Of a stretch of DNA of 64,000 bases, positions 14,484 to 27,638 are shown piece after piece (the first letter of the stretch is position 1; every line of letters begins with the position of its first letter). Both the position numbers and the translations under genes were made by a program. This DNA is from Paramecium tetraurelia (taxonomy: Eukaryota): NCBI GenBank assembly GCA_000165425.1, contig CT868673.1, forward strand, positions 156,886 to 220,885, given 5' to 3'. The notes beneath the pieces were generated by a model that had not been told where the DNA came from, did not search any database, and saw only the letters and a list, made by a program, of their open reading frames with translations.

Positions 14484-16463
14484 TCATTTCCATTTCTTTA
14501 TTAAATTTTTTCTTAGTTTTGACAAGAATTCTAAATTTTGTTTTTCAGATTCAAAGTTTGAATGATTTAGATCGATTGAATTGAGAAATAAATCTGCATT
14601 TTAATAGCAATAGAATTCCTTTTGTTCAGGGCATTATATAAAATGAAATTAAGGACTTCCATAAAAGTTGCATTTCTTGCAAACTAATTCTCCTAATGAA
14701 CTGATAATCAACGGACTTTAACAAAAGTGAATTTATTGTTGACTAGTTTTGTGATAGCATTTACTATTAAAAGGACAGTATGCAATAAAGTTCATAAAAC
14801 TAACATCATCTGTTAAATCATTAAAGTCTATTTGTTTATATTAAATCCATTATTACTGACAATTTACTTACAAATTATCCCAAAATTCAACGATTTGGTC
14901 ATTAATTGTTAAGGTTATAAGATGTAACCAAAATGAAATAAAAAAATCTTGATAATTCTTAAATTTATTTTTTTACCTGTTTTGAGGACAGTAGAATCCG
15001 TAATCTTAAATTTATTATGAAAATTAACACTATTGACACATGATGTAACCTCTAGAATTGATATAAAGTTAACAATTACATGAGTGAATCTACACAATAG
15101 TTTATGCAGAACATAGACATTAAGGAGGACAAGCACATCTCAAAGGTAGTGCTGTCTTTTTATCAGAATGTGCAATGGTTTTATAAGTAGCATTATGAGA
15201 AATATAAGGAGACTTTTTTTCTATATATTTTGTACTATTGGGACTTTATACATATATCTGTGAAAATTGCTTTTATAAAGTTGAATTGCCTGTAGACTTT
15301 TCAAAATTGATAGTTTATTAAGATTAATAAAGAAATGATGACTCTTTTGCCATAATATCCTTTCTACTTATCATCTCCAAAGATTAATCATTAGACAAAT
15401 TTAGAATGTCGTTTATATCTTTCTTGTGGTCAGAATATATTCTTGATCTGGATAAAAGAACTGTGGGTACTTTTTTTAATTAAACACACCCTTATTTATT
15501 CTATTTTTTATTTTCTATTTAGAATTTATTTTACAATTGAATTTCCGATAATTAAGATAATTTTTACAGATCTTCATTTGATTATAGTAAAAATATTGAA
15601 TACTTTCTATTTATTTCGATAGAAGAGAAAAGGTGCTTTATCAAATTGTCATTCGTTTTTATATATTCTTAGATTTCTAATTCTTTCTAATCCTGATTCT
15701 CTTTAATTATTGATTGTATTAAGATTATGTTATTTTTCCTAATTTTATCTGAATCTGATATTTCTTTTTAGATTAATTCCATTTCCAATAAGATTTCATC
15801 TATTTGAGTTTGAGTAGTTTTAAGAATATTAATAAAGTTAGATAAGGATTGTTAGAGTAATTGCAATTGAGAATCATGATTGTTAGAATTGAGTACTATC
15901 AATAAATTTTCTTCAATATGTTATAATTGCTAAATTGTTGATTTAAGAGAGTTATGGAAATTTGGAAGCTTTTGTTTATTATGTCCTGTTAAGTATTCTA
16001 ATACATTTGAATTATCTAATTTGAATCCTGAAAATATTAAACTATCATTCAGTATAGAATTAATAACTGTATAGTAACTACTATTTTTTGTTTGTTGATC
16101 TATAAATTTAACAAAATGGATTTCCTCTTAATATAATTGTTCATAATTTGAAATGTATTCTTGCTGCTTTTGTAATAATTTTGATAGGTTTGAATTTTCA
16201 GTAAGATCATATTCCTTTTTAATTTTAGTCACTCTTTTTTCATTTTCCAATTTAATTTTCCTCATTTCTTTTTGTTTATTTCTCAATTCTCTTTCAAAAA
16301 TAATGGAGTTGATTGACAATGATTTCTAAATGTTTTCTTCAAGCTGTTTTGATAACTCTTATAATCTTTTCTATCTATCCTAGATTTTCTACACAAAGGG
16401 TTTCAAATCTTAATTGATAACATTGGATTGAAAATCAGAGTCAATTATGTTCTTGGCATACAT
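14484..16463 (-). CDS. Coiled-coil protein with two C-terminal Cys/His-rich (putative Zn-binding) repeats, tandem paralog A
   Basis: About 659-codon open frame. C-terminus TALPLRCACPPQCLC...HSCNCQLYINSRGYIMCQQC...FYCP and second copy AYCPFNSKC...HFCQSPLIISSLGELVCKKC...KCP; ends KKWK*. Confidence 0.75.
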
Positions 16464-16509
16464 TTTTAATTTTTTAATTTTATGTGATAAACATTATTTA
16501 TAAAATAAA

Positions 16510-18468
16510 TCATTTCCATTTTTTATTCAAATTAATAATCAATGATTATAAAAATTAATTACAATCATTTTTTTCTTATCTCATTAATTATTTTATGTAC
16601 GGATCAATTGATAATATGATTTCTTCAACGCTCCAAAAAGCATAAAACTAATTATTTTCAGGACATTAAATTAAATGATATTAAATAAATATTGAGTATT
16701 GACATCTTTTACAAATGACCTCTCCATAATTGGATAATTATAATGGAGTGTTGCAAATAGAATGTATTTAGGGAAGAATGTTTTTATGATTACAATTACT
16801 TTGATTTGGACAACCTGATAAGAAATTGATAATAATTTCGTCTTATTTTATTGAAGGCAATCTAGGAGATCCATTTTACCATTATTATTTACAATTAATT
16901 ACCAGGCCTATCCAAAAATCAACAATTTATTAGTTCAATGTTAAACTTATGATGTACTTCTAAAAACTATGGATAAAATCTTGGAACTACTTGAATTTAT
17001 TTTTAGTCTTATTAAATTAACAGTAAAAGTAATGTTCATTTATTGAAAAAGATATTTAACAAACCTAACATAACAGGATTCCTTTTTAATTGATATACAA
17101 TTAATTATTGCAAGAGTGCATCTACTCTTATATATATTATTAGCATTAACACTCAGGTGGACATGTACATTTTAGAGGCAATGCGGTTTACTTCTCAGGC
17201 AATATTTAATTTCTGAAGTTTGGGGATTGAGAAGTCTATTTGAAAACTGATTAGAATGATGTAACGTTATTCTCGTCTGTTTTAATCGATCCTAATTTTT
17301 CAACTTATGGTTTTCTTCTGAAGTACATTGACTTTTATAAGTTGTAAGTTGAAGGTTCTGTCTAGATTTTATCGTTTATAATTTTCTTGTAAGGATTCAA
17401 AATATTATGTTTTTTGTTTGAAGTAGTAGTTGGTGTTTTTGAATCTGGAGTCAAAGAGAATGCTTCCAATTAGGATCTAAATTATTCAATACTATTATTT
17501 AATGATTAGATTAATGAATTAGATAATGAAATTAATCTGAATACATTTTCTTCAAAATCTTTTCTTTAATTGTTTCCTTATAATATGACTTGGGTATAAG
17601 ATTTATAACTTTTATCCATATCGCTTTTTTATTATTCTAATTAAATTATATCTGCACATATCAATTCTTCATCTTTAGAGAAGGAGTTTTAGATATTTAA
17701 TCTATTATTCTTAAGGTTTCTATGATTTGTCAGGAAATCTGACTAGAGATCAAATACTTCTTGCACACTATCATTGTTAAACTATTATAATTATCTGATG
17801 TATTGTTTAAGGGAGGTGAGTTTTTATGATAAAATAATTTAGACCTAAGTATTTTCAGATTTAATATTTAACACTTATTAATCTGCATTTTCAATTTTAG
17901 TAATAAGAGTGTTTACATATGAATTTAAATGAGACATTTTCTAATGCTATTTAGTGTGAACATTTGGAGATTTTAAAGATAAAAATGTTTATTAATTAAT
18001 ACATTCATTCTCTTTGGCCAACTCAAAATCAGTTAATGATTGATGAACACTTTACAAAATTAGATTGTATTCACTATCAATTAAATTTCCCACAATATAC
18101 TCTTCTAGTTTACTTTTTTCTTGTGTTATTTTTTCATAATATTTTTGAAAACGTATGAACACATTAACTATTTTGTTTTTAAGCTCTAATTCTAAATTAC
18201 TATACTCCTCATCCTATATAGCCTTTTGCTACTCAGACTTTTATTTTAATTCTTATAAATCAATCCTCTTCTTAATAATATCATCCTCAAATTTTTAATA
18301 ACATATTCTTATGATTTTTTGTACCAGTTCATTTTGCTAAAATCTTATGTCATTATATGACTTTTGCTTATCTTGAATATTGGACACTAGTTTCTTCAAG
18401 TCTTCTTAATAAAGTTCTTTTTAAAAATCCAAATCTAATATCTACCTAGTATTTGCTGATTATTGCAT
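16510..18468 (-). CDS. Coiled-coil protein with two C-terminal Cys/His-rich repeats, tandem paralog B
   Basis: 652-codon open frame. TALPLKCTCPPECQC...HSCNNQLYINQKGILLCQVC...FYC and GCPNQSNC...HSICNTPLQLSNYGEVICKRC...QCP; ends KKWK* like its neighbour. Confidence 0.78.
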
Positions 18469-19587
18469 CAAAAGTAATTTTAGATAATTGTTATTAATTT
18501 ATTTAATATGAAATCACTGGAGTGATAATACTAGAGTATAATTAAAAAATGAATTGATAATTTAATTGTTATTTTTTTATAAAATAAGACCAAAATTTTT
18601 ATCATATTTAATTAAACAACAAGCGATATTTACATATAATTAATATTTCCAGAGCATAGTAAAATATTATTAAATAATGAATAATTAGCACAAACCATTA
18701 GAATCTCTAAAACAAATGAAATTCTATTAAATTCTTTAATAAACTCAACCTTAGTATTTGTAGATAAGAAGATAAGAACCTAATTGTAAAGTTATTAATT
18801 CATTAAAAATTAAATGTTAAATAATTACTGCTATGTTTGTACTCTTAACTGAAACATCAATAATGAGAGCTTTAGATGGATCAACCAATTAGTAAATTCG
18901 ACAAAAGAAATTAAGTTACCTATGTTCTATAAGTAAAAGATACATTATAATTAATAATGGTAACTTTGGTGAAATAAATTTGTGTTCTAATTTAATGAAT
19001 AATATTTATAATTACTTATACTTTCGATCTCTGAGCTGAGAATACATTTAGGATTATAACTCAATCTTCATTTGGTAATAGTTATTGCTAATATAAGTTC
19101 TGTCTTATTTATAGGATATTCAATGTGGCTAATCTTAAAAATAATACTATAATTAGTAATTAATTTGATTTAAACATTAAGTATTAGTTAAAGCCGATCA
19201 TACCATTTATAATACTCACAAATTATATTATTATATTAGAATATTAAAAGTTATTATCGATTAAATTTTTGATAATTTTGCTTTACAAGAAGAATTTAAA
19301 CAATGTAAAGGAACTATTCACAAAAGTGCAAGAGGAAACCTAATATTTCATATAAAAATAAAATAAAAAGGCTCTACCAGAAATCAAATTCAATTTGTTA
19401 TGTTGGTCTCTAAATATGTTAACTCAAATCATAAAACAAAGAAAATAAATGAAAATCAAAATTTCATTCTCACTAAAAAGATAGTAAATAGTATTTGAAA
19501 AATCTCTAGCATAAGCTTATAATTTTAAATATTGATTATTTATTAGGAAATAAGTTAATCATTTTATTATATTATATTATAAAATAT

Positions 19588-20691
19588 ATGTTATTTAGAT
19601 AAAAGGAAAGAGTGCCAGATGTTGGGAAAGACAATTTTAGAGAATTTATGAGAAGAGAAGATGACTCATGTGCAAATACTTAAAATATCCTACCAAATTT
19701 CATGAATAGCACAATTCAAGCTTAAACAAAGCAATCGTAAATATTGTGAAACTTAATCAAGGCAAACTCCATCAGCCTTAGATGGTTCAATTAAGATGTT
19801 AGGAAACACTTGGGATGCATAGCACCTGGGGAAGTTCTTGCAACATAGTCAGTTTGCCTCACTAGGTGCTAGAACTATGAAATTAGGAGACACTCAATAA
19901 AATATGACTCTGAAAAATTAAAGCTATTACTTTCGAAGTCTCTAGCCCAGATTGATTGAAGATAATATAGATTATTTACACTAGCAATCCATAAATCATT
20001 TGATTACATAGCATCCACTACAATCCACTAGTCAGACATTCTTGAAAAAAAAACTATTGTAAATTCCAGAAAAACTATTTGATGAAGCCAAAATTAATTA
20101 TTAAACTGAAGCAGAACTCAAGAAACCTGAGTAATATCGTAAGGACTTGTAAGAAGCTAAATAACATTAAGCCAAATACCACTAATGGAGATCTTAGTTT
20201 TAAGATGTCAATAAAGCCTATAAGAAGGCAAAATTGGGTTTCAAGTCTGGTTTGTTTGCCTTGGATAATCCAACTAACGACTAGACTGAATTATATAGAG
20301 AAGAACATGAAAAACTAAAAAAATAAGAGGAGTATAAGTCTAATTAACATTTCAAGAGATTTAAGTGTAAAATGCTAATATAACATGTGTAGCACTTGAG
20401 AGATTTAATTGCAGTAATCCATCAATTGAGTTTGACAATGTGAGACATATATAAAATAAGCCTAATCCAGAAGACCCTCTTTTGCATTCAGGATAGTTCC
20501 CTTCTATGAATTTTGAGATGCATAAGGATTGGATGAAGAAAAGAACAGCCAATTAAAATGCTGATACTTCAAATAGAATATTCGGAAAGACAGATAACGA
20601 TCGTAAGGTGAATACTTATAGAGCTCAACATTTGAAGGATTAAGAAATGAGAGGAAGAGATTACAATGCCATTACATTAGTGAAAGAATGA
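19588..20691 (+). CDS. Hypothetical protein, possibly ciliary (C-terminal RGRDYNAIT motif)
   Basis: Continuous code-6 frame with two short introns, ending ...RAQHLKDQEMRGRDYNAITLVKE*. Confidence 0.7.
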
Positions 20692-20712
20692 TAAAATTTT
20701 AATTTATTTTAA

Positions 20713-21966
20713 ATGTTAACAGATTGCGATTTTTATAGCAAACAAAGTATTACTGAATTATAGGCATCATTGGCTCATAAGAAAAAGAAGATTCAGATTT
20801 TAAAATAAGAAAAGAATTCTTTGTTGAACAGGATAGATGAATTGAATCAGAAAGTCCATGATCAAGCAGAAGAATTCAAAAAGTATAGAATGAAAGTCAG
20901 AGGTCTAGAAAAATAGCACTCTCATGTAAATGCTTATTCTCATTATCATAGTTGAAACACTAGAATGAGAACTTAAAAAAGGACTAGAGTATGAACAATG
21001 AGACAATTACATTGTTTTAAAAAGGGTTCAAAAGAGATGAATTCAAAAAGCATGAAAGAACGGTTGCTTAATTATAAAATGACATTATTAAATTGTCTAA
21101 TGCTTTAGAAGAACATAAAATAGTTAGAGAATCAAACTGCGAAGAAATAACAAGACAATTAGTTTATATCTAAGAATTAGAAGATCAACTAAATGCATAT
21201 AAACAAATGTCAGAAGTTGATTAATAGAAATATAACAACTAGCAACTATATTAAACCATCGAAGATCTGAATTATTAATTGTAGATGTCAAATAAAAATA
21301 AAGATGAAGATTATCAAAATAAATTACAAGAATTACAATAAATAGCTGATATTTCTAAGCTGAAAGAAAAAGAACTTACTTTAAAGATAGCTCAATAAGA
21401 AAAGCTTTATCAGATGCAAATTACAAAAATAATAAAAGTTTGTGAATCAGTATATGAAGAATTGTCTAATAAAGTAGCTAACAAAGTAGAAGTTAAAGAT
21501 ATCCTATAGAAATTGAATATTTCCAAAAAGGATATCGATTTAGATTTACTTAAGTATTTTTATTAATTTAATACGTAGAATTGAATCTGAAATTAACGCC
21601 TAAACTTGTGAGGAATTATAGAGTAAAGTAGATAATTTATCGAGCGAAAATCAAAATATAAAACAAAAATTTTAAGCAACTTCTACAAACAAAGAAGCTC
21701 TGTAAATGAGAGAACAGGATTTAATTCATTAAATTGAAAAATTACAATAATAAGTTGAAAGACAGAAGGAATTAAACTAAATGAGATAAAAGACTATGTC
21801 AGAATAAATCTCAGCTTTGTAGAGAACAAACAAATAGTTAAATTAGGATGTAGATAAAATAACCAAGGAAGTGTAAGACTTAAGAGAGGAAAAGGTCATT
21901 CTACAATAGACCATACAAAGATAGGAGAAGAAAATACAAACTCTTAGTCTGTCTAAATAAAGATGA
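20713..21966 (+). CDS. Coiled-coil hypothetical protein
   Basis: MLTDCDFYSKQSITELQASLAHKKKKIQILKQEK...; E/K/Q heptad-rich throughout; two short introns. Confidence 0.7.
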
Positions 21967-22005
21967 TAATTTTGCTGATTAATTAAATTTGATTATAATA
22001 AAAAA

Positions 22006-23430
22006 TCATTCATCTTTTTGCTTATTGCTTTTCTTCTTTTGTTCTTCATGATATAAAGAGCACTTTAAATTAATCTTTTATTCTAATTTCAATAGATAAC
22101 TGTCAGCATAGGCAACTACTTTGAATTCAAATTCAGTAATATTTTTCTATTCAAACTAAGCTGGAATAACGCGAAAGACAACTGTCTTACTTTCTTAATC
22201 CTCTTTAATTTATCTTGATCCAATAATCATATTATTATAAAACAACAATATATTCCATTAATTCTATTTCAAAACTGGAAATGTTTGACTTTAAATAAAT
22301 TAATCTATCAATCCGCTAATATGACAATTAACATCAAACAAATCAGTATTTCTATAATCATCCTCAGTAAGAGTATCCTCTGCAGTTTTTATTTTGGCAT
22401 CTAATTGTGGTTTTCCTGGATGATATTAAATTGGAATTATGCTAAAAAATAAATATAAACTAAAAAATACCTAGATGATTTTAGGTATGGATTCAATTTG
22501 AGCAACAATCTGATCAGTAACATCTCTGATTTACTTTAATTCATAATGTGCCCATAATTGAGTAAGGATCTGTAAACATATCTCTATACTCATATATAAG
22601 ATTCCTGGGGCATATTCACATTGAATTGTGTTGATGAATTCTTTACCATCAATCTCTTGGCAATTTGAAATGGTTTCTAAACATTCCTCATATGTTTTAT
22701 TTTTGCCTGCGGTGATTCTTTCAGCTAAATACTGTCTATTTGACATCAAAATTCCATTTACATCATATTTACCAAATCCAGAAAACGCTGTGCAAAATGT
22801 TATCAGGATTATCAAGATAAAAATGAAAAATAATCCAGCTAACAAAAATCCTTGATTTTCCTTTGACACTGCAAATTCAGGTAAAGCAATTCCAATTTGG
22901 AATCCTGTAAAACCATCAGGATTACCATACTTTTTGCAATTGGCTATCTTCCTTGGATCGGTGAGACATTGATAAGCTTTTGTAATTGTATCAAATAATT
23001 TTGAGTACTTTTGAGTTTCATCAGGATGTTTGTCTGGATGATATTCTCTTGCTAATTATCTATAAGCTTTTTTAATTTAATCAACGGGGGTGTATGATTT
23101 AACACCCAAAACTTCATAGGGATCAAATCCCTTCATCAATTCTGGATCAGGTAATTATTAATACGTGTTTATGAAGATCATCACTAATAAGATCCAAAAG
23201 AACAATTTCCAATAGAATCCTTTCTTTTTATAGAACAAATTCCTTTGAATATCAATTTCAACAGCCTTTTTTGCGGTGGCTGGAGCTTTCTTGTATTTAG
23301 GGTTCAATTTCATGGATTGAAAGGGTTGTTTGATAAGGTTATAAGTCAATGGTATCATGGCAACAATTATAATAGATACTGCGAAATAAAGAAAGGCAAA
23401 ATCACTTGGATCGAATTCCTGATCACTCAT
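22006..23430 (-). CDS. SEC63: SEC63 translocon J-protein (short form, about 474 aa)
   Basis: TM1, TM2, then J domain FDPYEVLGV...IKKAYRQLAREYHPDK...YGNPDG, GIALP and TM3, plus C-terminal FPVLKQNQW motif of the Sec63 domain. Confidence 0.9.
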
Positions 23431-23763
23431 ATAAAAATTTAATATTAATAAAAATATATATAAAATTACACACTTAATAGAGAATCGTTTCTTTTGCAAT
23501 TATTGGAGTATAATTTTCTACTCTTCAACCTAGATGACTTAAGTCTTTGAATAAAATATTGAACCTGTGTGAAGGAATCGTCTTAATTTTATCTAAAGTC
23601 TTAAATAAACATCAGTCATTAGATTAAGTGAAATTAGATAATTCTATTTAAGTATTTCATATTGATAGATATAATATTGCTGATTTAATAGAATAGTATA
23701 AATTAAATTTATAATTATATTAATATATATTGGTTAAATAATATGGAAAATTAATTTTTCTTA

Positions 23764-23806
23764 ATTCTGGAAAATTCTGTTTTCGAGAATTAATAAATTC
23801 CAGAAA
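23764..23806 (+). promoter_or_regulatory. Heat-shock elements (nGAAn inverted arrays) upstream of HSP70
   Basis: TTC-tg-GAA-aa-TTC (23765-23777), TTC-ga-GAA (23782-23789) and TTC-ca-GAA (23798-23805), 85-125 nt upstream of the HSP70 ATG. Confidence 0.75.
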
Positions 23807-23889
23807 TTTGCAAGTTAGGTCCTTTAAAACTTGCGATAGAGTAGAATCATTGATTTAATTAATAAAAAACAAGCAAGCTTTTAAAAACA

Positions 23890-25830
<1,941 letters not shown>

Positions 25831-26796
25831 AAATTATAGTTATGATTTATATATATATATACATTATTTAATTATTAATTCATTAAAAATTTATTTTATA
25901 AACATATTATTGAACCAATTAATATATTCATTTTAGATGTTTCCAATCATGTATCTCCTTTTATTCAATTTTAAAAATATTATTAATATTATTTCATTAT
26001 CATCAGTAGTTATTTAATTAATGTAGGCTATCTTCTCTTTGAAATCTATTAATATTTTTGAGTCACCAATGTATTGAAGATATCATAAAAGGTTCTTTTG
26101 GAGAATTAAATAAGATTTGTTTAAAAATATTACATACCTTCTATTATCGTCTGATATTAATTTGAGAGGTCAACTTATTTATTTTTTCATTATCTTTTTC
26201 TTTCATGATTTCTTCAATTTACTCAGAATTTCTGATAAAATTATGATTAGAGTATCCATCATCAAATATCAAAGTATCATTCTTCTACCTAATTTATATG
26301 AATGAGTATTTTTAATTTAAGCTAATTCTTTGCTTAAATCTGTAGGTTTATTTATCATTGATTTATGCTAATTAGAAGGGGGAATTTTGTTATTCTGCTA
26401 ATTATAAAGAACATATTTATAACTTCTCTAAATTAAAATACTAGCATTAGATTCTTGTTATGTAATAGATTTATACCTTTTTATTCACAAAAAAGAAACC
26501 AAATTACTGATAAAATTTTTAGATAAATATATTTTATGATATAAGGATAAATAATTAATGTATTATTTTATTATAGAGGTAGGAATTATACCATATATCC
26601 TAATGATTCTATGCTGTTATAAATAATAATATTATTTCTCAATACCGTGAAACTTCCATTGCAATTTAAACAAAATACATTCTTAAAAAAACCATAAATA
26701 ATTGATTTTATCATAATGAAATTAATTTTGTATTTATGATAAAATTTTTATATAATGTTAGATTAAATCGATGAATCAATTGATTTTACAATTAAG

Positions 26797-27365
26797 ATGA
26801 AATCAATAAAACCATATAGTAGAAATTTTAGTTATATAGATCGCAGTCCTGAATAGAAAGTTAGTTTACTTAAGTTAAGGAAAAACTCAAAAAGTTTTAT
26901 CGATTGTGCTACAGAAAAAGTAATTACTATATATTGGTACGATTAAGAAAATGATTAAACTTATGAATTTTCCCAAGGCTTCAGTGAAATCTTGAGTCTT
27001 GGTGATATTTGTAATTGGGCAATTTTGAAGTTAAAGAATATGAATTTACCAAAGATTGATATTGAATAAACTAAACTATATTTGCCTAAAAAGAAACAAG
27101 GCAAACCAAATGAAGATTTTCCATGTATTATTTAATGTTATTTGTAGCATTTAGAAATGAACTTCAACTAAAAGATTGTGATCAAACTAAATTTTCTCTT
27201 AAAGTTACTTTTTTATTAAGATAAGTCACTCCTCCATAAAGAATTGAACCTCGTTCATCTTATTGTAATTCATTGAATAAAGAGAAACGTATTCCTATGA
27301 TAGAATAATAAAAAAAAAGTAGCAAAAAAACAAATTTTTTTTGTTTCTGTAACAATGGTGAATGA
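26797..27365 (+). CDS. Small protein with a CRIM/SIN1-like ubiquitin-fold motif and Cys-rich C-terminus
   Basis: ...KLYLPKKKQGKPNEDFP|SF... with one 23-nt intron near 27125-27147; ends KKTNFFCFCNNGE*. Confidence 0.6.
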
Positions 27366-27638
27366 ATCAACTTATATATTGACAATTATATTATTATATT
27401 GATATCAAGGGTCAAAAAATTATTCTATAGACAAATAATAAAGCATTGTGTCTTTTAACTATTAATTGTTAATAAACAGTCAAAGTCATACTAATAAATT
27501 TAACTTTAATTTTATATGTAGATATCATGATGATGTTTAATCTATTATATTGAGTCTAAAATAAGATAAAGGGTATTTCTAAAAATTATATAATGCTAAA
27601 TTCAATAGTTTATTTATAACTATTTCAATTATATAAAT

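Noticed and set aside
27527..27560. ATGATGA as a C/D snoRNA C box upstream of the CDC48-like gene
   Set aside because: No suitably placed CTGA D box or terminal stem; the motif is expected by chance in AT-rich DNA.
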